Shown here one piece after another: positions 1 to 8,159 of a stretch of DNA of 64,000 nt; position 1 is the stretch's first letter, and every line of letters begins with the position of its first letter. The notes beneath the pieces are model-generated. The model saw only the letters and a list, made by a program, of their open reading frames with translations, did no database searches and was not told where the DNA came from. A program made the translations under genes and the position numbers. Origin of the DNA: a virus; the IMG/VR virus record IMGVR_UViG_3300008050_008852, positions 1 through 64,000 of that record; one strand, 5' to 3'.

Positions 1-7
1 AACATGT

Positions 8-247
8 ATGTATATTACTGCTTCACCCAAAGAATTTCCTGGTTTCGTATATGATAAAATGAAAGAAGAGCTTGATGAGTTTATGGAAAACCCAAGCGTA
101 GAAGAGGCTGCCGATATTATGGAGGTGTTTGGTGCACTTTTAGATACATATGATATTGCATGGTGTGACGTTGCTCAATATGCAACGAAGAAATCACATG
201 ACCGTGGCAAGTTTGAGAATGGAATAATTTTAATGAGCGTGAAGTGA
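8..247 (+). CDS. MazG-like nucleoside triphosphate pyrophosphohydrolase (probably 5'-truncated by window edge)
   Basis: KMKEELDEF...EEAADIMEV acidic metal-binding motifs and C-terminal K-x-x-x-RGKFENGIIL typical of all-alpha NTP pyrophosphatases; frame is open to the window start. Confidence 0.75.
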   Translation: MYITASPKEFPGFVYDKMKEELDEFMENPSVEEAADIMEVFGALLDTYDIAWCDVAQYATKKSHDRGKFENGIILMSVK

Positions 248-304
248 AAAAACTAAATCTAAAATTTGAGCTAAAAAATATATTAAGAGGAGAATAAGTA
301 ATAT

Positions 305-583
305 ATGTCTTTAAAATCTGGCAAAAGTATTGATCAGGCGGGTCCTGATAATCATGTTGAAAAAATTGTAATTTTTAGGCTTGAAGCTGATCAAACATAC
401 ACAAAAATTATTAAATCAAAAGTTAGAGATTGGAAAACAAGTGCTGTAAAGACAGGAAGAATTAAGGACGTTGAAGAAGGGCCTTATATTATTGGTACAA
501 AAGATGATTTTGACGATTTTATGTTATATCAAGATATTAGTGGCGAAGAGAAAATGATGTATTTTAAGAAAGTGAGCGAATAG
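305..583 (+). CDS. hypothetical protein
   Basis: 92 aa ORF with AGAGGAG upstream; no recognised motif. Confidence 0.6.
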   Translation: MSLKSGKSIDQAGPDNHVEKIVIFRLEADQTYTKIIKSKVRDWKTSAVKTGRIKDVEEGPYIIGTKDDFDDFMLYQDISGEEKMMYFKKVSE

Positions 584-596
584 CATATGTATTAAT

Positions 597-1376
597 ATGA
601 CTATTTTGATGTGTTCACCAGACTTTTTTGAAGTTATATACTCAATTAATCCCTGGATGACTGGTGAAAAAGTTAGTAAAGAAAATGCATTATTGCAGTG
701 GAACACATTAAAAAATGAAATTGAAAAGGCTGGTGGTAATGTAAAAACTATAAAGCCTATACGCGGATTGCCAGATATGGTTTTCACAGCAAATTCAGGC
801 GTTACATTTAAAAATAAATTTGTTACAGCAAACATGAAATTTTCAGAAAGGGTAGAAGAATCTAAACATTTTAAAAAATGGTTTAGTGATAATGGATACG
901 AGATTCTTGATTTACCTAAAGATATATCACTGGAAGGGTGTGGTGATGTTATAATTTGTGGTGACAATATTATAGGTGGTTATGGTTTTCGAAGTGATCT
1001 CCTGGGACTAGAAATAACAGCAGGCATGCTTAATCTAAATCTAATAGCCCTACAACTACAAAATCCGGCATATTATCACTTAGATACATGTCTTTGTATG
1101 CTAAATGAATTTGTCGGTATTTATTATCCAGGAGCATTTTTGGATAGTGATATTACAAAGCTCAAAAAGAAAATAAAATTAATCCCAGTCAGTAAGAACG
1201 ATGCAGAAAAATTTGTCTGCAATTCTATGATGGTTGGTAATACACTATTAACGTCATGTGACGATATATCAATAGAAAAACAAATTTTGAAATATGGTAT
1301 AGAAATAATTCATGTTCAAATGTCAGAATTTTTAAAATCGGGTGGCGGGATTCAATGTTTAAGCCTAAGCATTTAA
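597..1376 (+). CDS. amidinotransferase/pentein superfamily hydrolase (arginine dihydrolase- or DDAH-like)
   Basis: ILMCSPDFFEVIYSINPWM N-terminus, LPDMVFTANSG, EGCGD, YYHLDTC (catalytic His-Asp), EFLKSGGGIQCL (catalytic Cys). Confidence 0.88.
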   Translation: MTILMCSPDFFEVIYSINPWMTGEKVSKENALLQWNTLKNEIEKAGGNVKTIKPIRGLPDMVFTANSGVTFKNKFVTANMKFSERVEESKHFKKWFSDNGYEILDLPKDISLEGCGDVIICGDNIIGGYGFRSDLLGLEITAGMLNLNLIALQLQNPAYYHLDTCLCMLNEFVGIYYPGAFLDSDITKLKKKIKLIPVSKNDAEKFVCNSMMVGNTLLTSCDDISIEKQILKYGIEIIHVQMSEFLKSGGGIQCLSLSI

Positions 1377-1452
1377 AATAAATTTTATTGTATTGTAGAT
1401 GGTATTATTATTTGTTTTCAAGCTTTATTTGCTTGTAGATAAAGGATAAAAA

Positions 1453-1749
1453 ATGAATATTTTAAATAATAACACTTTTCGCATTATAACAGCTGGTCTT
1501 CTTGGTGTAATTGGAACCTTGGTTGTTCAAGGTCTTACCAATAGTGAGGAAGTACTTGTTAGTGATACCACGGCTGAAACAGTCCATGCAACTGGAGAAA
1601 CTAACGTAGATAATATCGTTAATACAGTTGACAATATTAATAATGCTGGAACTAATAATTTGGTAGACGAGACTAACGGAGTGGATGTCGAATTGGATGC
1701 CACAACAAATAGTGTAGCAGATACCGAGAAAACTAATAATAATCAATAA
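1453..1749 (+). CDS. hypothetical membrane-anchored protein with acidic Asn/Thr-rich tail
   Basis: AAGGA SD; hydrophobic IITAGLLGVIGTLVVQGL then low-complexity N/T/D/E tail; followed by terminator. Confidence 0.65.
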   Translation: MNILNNNTFRIITAGLLGVIGTLVVQGLTNSEEVLVSDTTAETVHATGETNVDNIVNTVDNINNAGTNNLVDETNGVDVELDATTNSVADTEKTNNNQ

Positions 1750-1774
1750 ATATTTGTAATTTGTAAGTTTTTTG

Positions 1775-1800
1775 GCCACCCTTAAGGGTGGCTTTTTTTT
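1775..1800 (+). terminator. Rho-independent terminator
   Basis: GCCACCC-TTAA-GGGTGGC perfect 7-bp stem followed by T8. Confidence 0.9.
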
Positions 1801-1839
1801 GCGTAATACTTATTAATATCAAGTAGTGTGGAGTAAAAT

Positions 1840-2037
1840 ATGAAAAAACACTTCAAGTATTTTGTTGAAAAAAATGAAAATAATGAACAATTTCAAGACG
1901 ACTTTGATTTTGAGGCTGATGATTTAACAGATGAAATTGAAAAATCATTATTAGAGCTAAGACACTTCTTAAAAATTCCAGACAGTGAAATAAGCGACGC
2001 AATTAAATCAAGGCGAGCTCTTAGAAAAAAAGATTAA
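1840..2037 (+). CDS. hypothetical small protein
   Basis: GGAG SD; acidic middle and basic C-terminus. Confidence 0.55.
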   Translation: MKKHFKYFVEKNENNEQFQDDFDFEADDLTDEIEKSLLELRHFLKIPDSEISDAIKSRRALRKKD

Positions 2038-2282
2038 CAAATGTCAGTTATATTAAACTTCTTTAAAATCTCTTTCTCAATTTGGCAGATACGCATTCTG
2101 GTCACATTAAAAACCGCTCCAATATCTCTTAAAATCCATTTTCCTTTGCTTGCTCCAACTACAGCACAATTTAATGAGCCTTTGTGATCCATCCAATTTT
2201 TACATTCCTTTTTTCTACAACACAAATTTCTATTTTTATGTTCTATAAAACATGTTGTATTTTTAATTATATTGTCTTTCAT
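2034..2282 (-). CDS. stand-alone sigma-70 region 4 HTH protein with Cys-rich N-terminus
   Basis: LRDIGAVFNVTRMRICQIEKEILKK matches region 4.2 pattern TL-E-IG---gvTRERIRQIE-kAL-K; GGAG SD on minus strand (CTCC near 2294); five Cys in N-terminal half. Confidence 0.75.
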   Translation of the reverse strand: MKDNIIKNTTCFIEHKNRNLCCRKKECKNWMDHKGSLNCAVVGASKGKWILRDIGAVFNVTRMRICQIEKEILKKFNITDIC

Positions 2283-2322
2283 CGATGATATTGCTCCACT
2301 TTTATATAGGTAAAAAGATTAC

Positions 2323-3627
2323 ATGAAAAATAATTCAAAAATTATGATTATTGATACTAGCGTATTATTATACGATATGAAATCTATCCATTCATTCTCT
2401 GATAACGAGGTTGTTATACCTTTAATTGTTTTGGACGAATTGGATAAGTTCAAAGATAAATCAAATTTACTTGGTGAATCGGCTCGATATGTTAATCGAT
2501 TTCTTGATTTTTTAAGGGTACATGGGGATTTAAGTGAGGGAGTTTTAGTACCTGATACTAATCAAAAAATTAGAGTTGAATTGAATTCCCGAGCAAGTTC
2601 AGCTATAGATGATTTTGATTGGTCAAAAGGTGATAATAAAATACTTGCAACTGCAAATTATTTAAAAATTAATAATCCAGAACGAGACGTTAAAGTTATA
2701 ACTAAAGATATTAATTTACGAGTAAAATGTGATGCATTAGGAATTAAGGCTGAAGATTATGAAAAAGATAATTTAGGGCCGGATGAAATTAATTATCGGG
2801 GTTTTTCAAGTATTGAAGTTTGTAACGATGATATAGATCGATTATTTAGTGATGGAGCAGTTAATACAGATGAACTTGAATTTAATTCAACCAATTTGTA
2901 TCATAATGAATTTATTGTAGCTACGGCTGGTACAAAAAGCTTTATAGGTGTACATAAAAAAGGTTTAATAAAGAAGTTGTCTAGAAATGTAACCAATGTT
3001 ATAAGACTGGAGGCTAAAAATAAAGAGCAGGCGTTTGCAATTGAGGCTTTATTAGATGAAAACATACCACTTGTCACATTGACAGGCCTTGCTGGGTCTG
3101 GAAAAACATTTCTAGCCATCATGGCTGGGCTTGAGTTGATTCAAAGTGGAACGTATGATAGGATTATCATTACAAGGTCTATCCAGCCTGTAGGGCGTGA
3201 TCTGGGGTTCTTACCTGGTACATTAGAAGAAAAAATGGATCCATGGCTAGCGCCGATATTAGATAATTTACGAGTAGCATTTAAAGATACGTCATATTTT
3301 AAATTAATGTTCGATAAAGGGATAATTGAAGTAGCCCCAATGTCATATATTCGAGGTAGAACATTCAATAATTCTATAGTGCTTGTAGACGAAGCTCAAA
3401 ATACCACAATTCATGAATTAAAAACAATTGTAACTAGGGTTGGAGATAACTCAAAAATTGTTTTGCTTGGGGACACAGATCAAATTGATACGCCATATAT
3501 CAACAAACAGTCAAATGGGCTTAGTATTGTAATTAGTAAATTTATGAATAGTGATCTTGCCGCGCACGTGCACCTTAGTAGAGGCCAACGATCAGAATTG
3601 GCAAGTACAGCCTCAAAAATTCTGTAA
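2323..3627 (+). CDS. phoH: PIN-domain PhoH family ATPase (PhoH2/YlaK type)
   Basis: PIN motifs IIDTSVLL, VLDELDKFK, DNKIL, TKDINLRVK; Walker A GLAGSGKT; LGFLPG, YIRGRTF, VDEAQN, GDTDQID. Confidence 0.93.
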   Translation: MKNNSKIMIIDTSVLLYDMKSIHSFSDNEVVIPLIVLDELDKFKDKSNLLGESARYVNRFLDFLRVHGDLSEGVLVPDTNQKIRVELNSRASSAIDDFDWSKGDNKILATANYLKINNPERDVKVITKDINLRVKCDALGIKAEDYEKDNLGPDEINYRGFSSIEVCNDDIDRLFSDGAVNTDELEFNSTNLYHNEFIVATAGTKSFIGVHKKGLIKKLSRNVTNVIRLEAKNKEQAFAIEALLDENIPLVTLTGLAGSGKTFLAIMAGLELIQSGTYDRIIITRSIQPVGRDLGFLPGTLEEKMDPWLAPILDNLRVAFKDTSYFKLMFDKGIIEVAPMSYIRGRTFNNSIVLVDEAQNTTIHELKTIVTRVGDNSKIVLLGDTDQIDTPYINKQSNGLSIVISKFMNSDLAAHVHLSRGQRSELASTASKIL

Positions 3628-3656
3628 ATAGAGATATGTAATATAGTGATAAAAAT

Positions 3657-3953
3657 ATGCCAGTTATAGTAAAAAATCAAAACCGTTATCGTAAAGTTTA
3701 CCCTGCATCACGTAAAGGTGGGAAGGCGCAGGTATCATATACTGCAAATATTGAAGCCGGCGAAATTATAATGGCGGATACATTTGAAGGTACATATACG
3801 TTTACCACTACATTTATAACAACACCATCAGTCACCTTAAGTGCAAATTCAAATGTTAACGCCTTTATAACTGCACTAAGTACAACATCGGTTTCAATTG
3901 AAACAAGTGCGCCGATGACTGGTAAAATTTATGTGCAAATAATAGAGTTATAA
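3657..3953 (+). CDS. small beta-rich virion-associated protein, paralogue of next gene
   Basis: F-x-x-x-PSVT...N-x-FIT...V-x-IE-x-SAP-x-TG pattern shared with 3955-4179. Confidence 0.55.
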   Translation: MPVIVKNQNRYRKVYPASRKGGKAQVSYTANIEAGEIIMADTFEGTYTFTTTFITTPSVTLSANSNVNAFITALSTTSVSIETSAPMTGKIYVQIIEL

Positions 3954-3954
3954 G

Positions 3955-4179
3955 ATGGCATATGTAATTGAAGGACGGAGTGAAGAAGTAATTGGTATGG
4001 AGTCAACAACAGTGATTTTAAATCAACAACATTTTTCTATACCAAGTGTAACCGTTACATTACAAAGTAATAGTGATATTAATGTTTTTATTACAAGTAT
4101 TTCAAGTAAAAGAGTTACAGTTGAATATTCAGCACCATTCACAGGCAGATTACATCTACAGGCAATTTCAGTAAAATAG
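3955..4179 (+). CDS. small beta-rich virion-associated protein, paralogue of previous gene
   Basis: PSVTVT...INVFITSISS...VEYSAPFTGRLHLQAI; directly upstream of fibre gene. Confidence 0.55.
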   Translation: MAYVIEGRSEEVIGMESTTVILNQQHFSIPSVTVTLQSNSDINVFITSISSKRVTVEYSAPFTGRLHLQAISVK

Positions 4180-4189
4180 GATAACAAGT

Positions 4190-7100
4190 ATGGCTATTAA
4201 AGATTTCGAAGCTAGCAAAATTAAGACTGCTACAATTACACCAGAAGATACGATCATTACAGCTGATGGTGATTTGCATGTCACCGGGGATCTCACTGTA
4301 GATGGTAGCGGAGGGGGAGGTGATGGAAGTGTTACATCAGGATCATTTAATGTGCCATCGGCGGCGAATTTTGTTACAACTGCATCATTATCTATCGCTG
4401 GTGAAGATGGCGTGACAGCCGCGGTAGGGGATATTGGTACAGATGTTTATTTTTATGTATCAGGTAGTAAAAGTAGTGTTGTTCAAAGAAGTACAGAGAC
4501 TGGAAAAATTGCAGTCTTTGGTGGCGACCTTGTAGTTTCAGGCACTCTTTACGCAGAGAGACAAGTCGTCGAAGTTGACGAAAATGTTGACGGTGACTTC
4601 TTAGTTTCTGGTTCGGCAGTTATTTCCAAATACTTGGAGATAAAAGATGCACAAACAGTTGGCGGATTTCAAGCGGCAATTAAACTCAGTGATGATGGCA
4701 TGGGAGCTATTGTATGGGATGAAGCGGATGCGGCTATTTATGAAGATACCGGCAAGCTTGTTCTGTCAGCAAGCGATGATATTGAGTTGCGGCCTGCTGC
4801 TACTGGTAAAATTGCAGTATATAGTCCGAATAATGGAACAAGCACTTATTTTCAAATATACCGGAGGAGTGGGGGAATACCCTATACTCAAATGGCTATC
4901 GACCCATACAGTGCGACGTTCAATCCGAGTAAACTTTCAGCATTCGACTTTAGAGTTGGAGCGTCTGGCTTAGAGGGGGCAATACTTGTTGATTCCGGTG
5001 AGGGGCAGGTAATACTTGGTGCTGACGCATCTAATGCCGCAACGGCACAGGGAAATAGTATAGCACTTGGTTCCGACGTTAGCATTTATCTGTCAGGAAC
5101 CATTGATAGTAGAGATGGATCATCCCCGGGGACAATTGTCGCTGCTGGTGATGTGCTTATATCGGGTTCATTATCCCTTGGCGCGGATGCTGGGATATGG
5201 GAAGACGGGCGCCAACTCTTTCTTAGTGGAGCTAAATCGATCTCCTTAGGGACCGGTCCAACGGATTCGTTGTATGGACATATATTCATTACCGGTTCGA
5301 ATGATCAAGGAGACGGAAAAGTTTATATAAACCCTAGTAGTCAAAATGTTGATTTTATTGCACTCACCGATGATGGCGCGAGTCTTAGAGTAGATGCTGG
5401 TGCAAATACTGTCTTGGCCAGATCATCCGATGGCGGTACTGGTGATATATTTAAAGTTCAACGATGGTCTACGTACACTTATGATCTTCTTAATGTTGCA
5501 ACTAGCGAAACTGTCATTAATGATGCAGGTATTCCTTCACACGACTTTAGAGTAGAAACTGATAGTAAGCAATATGCAATCTTTACCGACGGAGGAACAA
5601 ATCAGGTACTCATCCTTTCGGGTGGTGCGAGTGGTTCACCAAACGAAGCTGCTGCAACCGATGTAGCATTTTATGTTTCAGGTGCTAAGGGATCTAGAAA
5701 TGAATTAGGTAGACTAAAAGGCACTGCGTTATTTGGCGGGGATGTTGTTATGTCCGGGGCGCTTTATGTGCATGGGGCAGAGACCGATGCACAAGGGGTT
5801 TCGGCGGCAGCTATTACTTTAAATAATAGTGGCGGGAGTAAAATTGTTTGGGACAGTCCAGGAAATGACGATCCTGCTGAATGTGATGCGCAAATATATG
5901 AAACTGGTGGTGGACTCTACCTTTCTGGTACTACGAGTGTGAGGGTTAAAGCCAGCACTGGGAATGTGGAAGTCATCTCTAGAGATGCCGACGTGAGCAT
6001 CTCTTCTGGGGACGATGTGAGTATCTATCCAGGCGATATGTTGAATGTATACGGCCCTAACAATATCGCTGGTACCGTGGCAGGATTTTACTATCGAACT
6101 GGCGGTTTTCCCAGGTCAATTATGCGTCTTAGTGATACCGGTGTTGAAATAAATCCAACCGGATATGGGACACTTGATTTTAAAGTAGAAACTGATAATA
6201 AGGAAAATGCGTTATTGGTTAGTGGTTCTACAGATCAGGTCTTAATTCTGTCTGGAGGTGCGGCATTATCTAATAACGAAGCTGCAGCAGGAGATGTAGC
6301 ATTCTATGTTTCAGGATCTGTTGGTGGAAAGAATCATGGTCTTGAAACTCATGCCAAGATCTCTGTTTTTGGTGGAGATCTTCATGTTTCCGGAAACCTT
6401 ACTGTCGATGGTGGCTCACCTGGAGGAGGAGGCGGCGGCGCAATAGATGTTGGGTGGCTTGGACCATCAACTGGTCAAATTGATACTACTGGATCTTTGG
6501 GCGTATCCGGATCGTTATATGTTGCAAATGCTATACAGCATATTGGCGACCCAGATACTAAGATGTCTTTTACAAATGATAAAATAACGTTTACTGCTGG
6601 TAATAGAGAATTTGTTAGATTTTCAGAATCAACCATCGATAAGACAATTTTCAATAATGGCAATGGTCCAGTTCTGTTTATTGTTAATAACACTAATGGC
6701 GAAGTTATAACAGCGGATGCGAATGGTGTTCATATAAATAGTGTACACTCACCCGAAAACGATTTCAGAGTAGAAACTGATACTAAATCACACACATTCT
6801 TTGTAGATGCTGGCTCTGAAAGAATTGGTATTGATAATCCGTCTCCCAATGAGTTATTAGATGTTAATGGAAACATAGTTTCGTCTGGTTTTGTTACAGC
6901 ATCAATGGGTCTTAGTGGATCACTAACTAGACTAGCCGATAATACTTCGTATCTCATAGCAGGAAATAATGTTACAATAACATCTGCCTCAAATGGTGCA
7001 GTTACAATTGCTGCTGTAGATGGTGGTACAACAACGTCAGGTTCCTTCAATGTAGTGACGTCATTCTTAGACCCGGGGCAGTTTGTTACAACATCTTCTT

Positions 7101-7927
7101 TATCTCTGGCGGGTAATTTAGGTTTTGCGCATCCTGCTAACGCTGGCCGAGCAGACACATTTTTCTTTGTATCAGGAAATATTGGTGATTCTGGCGGATT
7201 AAAATCGGATTCGGGAATGGCGGTGTTTGGTGGAGATACAGTCATTTCCGGAAATTTACATCTTCCAACAGCCCAACGAGCACTATATTTCGGTACAGAT
7301 GTAACAAAGACGTATGTTAAAAGTCCGGGTCAAGATGCGCTTGATATGAGTGGTGATATTGTACGTTTTGGTGCCAACATATCACAACATGGAGCACCTG
7401 CAGGAGATACTAACTTCTTTGCGTCTGGTTCAATAAATTCAAAAAATACAGGAACAAAAGGAACCGCAGTATTTGGTGGTGATTTAGTTATTTCAGGTTC
7501 TTTAGTAGCAAGGCAAAGAGAAATTTTGTTATCAACATATTTTCAATCCGATTTGAGTCCTGTGGAGGAATATATTCCATTATTTGGCTCTATTGGTGAG
7601 CAAGCTTCTCCAAATTATATCACCTTTAGTGTTCGTCCATGTCCCGGAAGGCTTATGTCAATAACACTCAGATCGAATAATGCCTCAGGATTGGGAAGCA
7701 CAACAGTTAGAATGTATAAGGGTGTAGATGGTGATGCCACACTAAGTGGGGTGGCGACAGATTCAGTCACCAGACCATCGGTCGCGACAGATACAGCAAC
7801 AACATTTACATTTTCCAGCGTAGCAACATGGGAGGCTGGGGACATTATTGGTTTTAGTATTGAACCTACAAATGCGCATAGGAATATGAATGCTACCATC
7901 GTACTAGAAAATGATTGGGTAATATAG
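4190..7927 (+). CDS. tail fibre / virion fibre protein with repeated modules
   Basis: 1245 aa G/S/T-rich; repeated FYVSGS...AVFGGD(L/T/V)V(V/I)SG and DFRVETD modules; RIGIDNPSPNELLDVNGNI fibre motif; shares modules with 48255 and 54033 genes. Confidence 0.75.
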   Translation: MAIKDFEASKIKTATITPEDTIITADGDLHVTGDLTVDGSGGGGDGSVTSGSFNVPSAANFVTTASLSIAGEDGVTAAVGDIGTDVYFYVSGSKSSVVQRSTETGKIAVFGGDLVVSGTLYAERQVVEVDENVDGDFLVSGSAVISKYLEIKDAQTVGGFQAAIKLSDDGMGAIVWDEADAAIYEDTGKLVLSASDDIELRPAATGKIAVYSPNNGTSTYFQIYRRSGGIPYTQMAIDPYSATFNPSKLSAFDFRVGASGLEGAILVDSGEGQVILGADASNAATAQGNSIALGSDVSIYLSGTIDSRDGSSPGTIVAAGDVLISGSLSLGADAGIWEDGRQLFLSGAKSISLGTGPTDSLYGHIFITGSNDQGDGKVYINPSSQNVDFIALTDDGASLRVDAGANTVLARSSDGGTGDIFKVQRWSTYTYDLLNVATSETVINDAGIPSHDFRVETDSKQYAIFTDGGTNQVLILSGGASGSPNEAAATDVAFYVSGAKGSRNELGRLKGTALFGGDVVMSGALYVHGAETDAQGVSAAAITLNNSGGSKIVWDSPGNDDPAECDAQIYETGGGLYLSGTTSVRVKASTGNVEVISRDADVSISSGDDVSIYPGDMLNVYGPNNIAGTVAGFYYRTGGFPRSIMRLSDTGVEINPTGYGTLDFKVETDNKENALLVSGSTDQVLILSGGAALSNNEAAAGDVAFYVSGSVGGKNHGLETHAKISVFGGDLHVSGNLTVDGGSPGGGGGGAIDVGWLGPSTGQIDTTGSLGVSGSLYVANAIQHIGDPDTKMSFTNDKITFTAGNREFVRFSESTIDKTIFNNGNGPVLFIVNNTNGEVITADANGVHINSVHSPENDFRVETDTKSHTFFVDAGSERIGIDNPSPNELLDVNGNIVSSGFVTASMGLSGSLTRLADNTSYLIAGNNVTITSASNGAVTIAAVDGGTTTSGSFNVVTSFLDPGQFVTTSSLSLAGNLGFAHPANAGRADTFFFVSGNIGDSGGLKSDSGMAVFGGDTVISGNLHLPTAQRALYFGTDVTKTYVKSPGQDALDMSGDIVRFGANISQHGAPAGDTNFFASGSINSKNTGTKGTAVFGGDLVISGSLVARQREILLSTYFQSDLSPVEEYIPLFGSIGEQASPNYITFSVRPCPGRLMSITLRSNNASGLGSTTVRMYKGVDGDATLSGVATDSVTRPSVATDTATTFTFSSVATWEAGDIIGFSIEPTNAHRNMNATIVLENDWVI

Positions 7928-7939
7928 AATATTAACCCT

Positions 7940-8145
7940 TAGATTAGATTTATATTAAATTTAGTTTATCTAGATCATAGTTTATCTAGATCAATTGATC
8001 TAGTAGATTAGAATTAGAATTATTAGATCTAGAATTAATTTTAATATTATGTAAATACTTGAATTGTATAAATTTTTTTTAATTAAAGATATTCTTATAC
8101 ATCTAGATCAATTGATCTAAATTAATTTCTATAAATTAGAATTAT
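7940..8145. repeat. AT-rich non-coding repeat/palindrome cluster (candidate replication origin or operator array)
   Basis: tandem 16-mer TAGTTTATCTAGATCA at 7962 and 7978; palindrome CTAGATCAATTGATCTAG 7986-8003 and TAGATCAATTGATCTA 8104-8119; six GATC sites. Confidence 0.7.
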
Positions 8146-8159
8146 AGAGGTTGATTATA

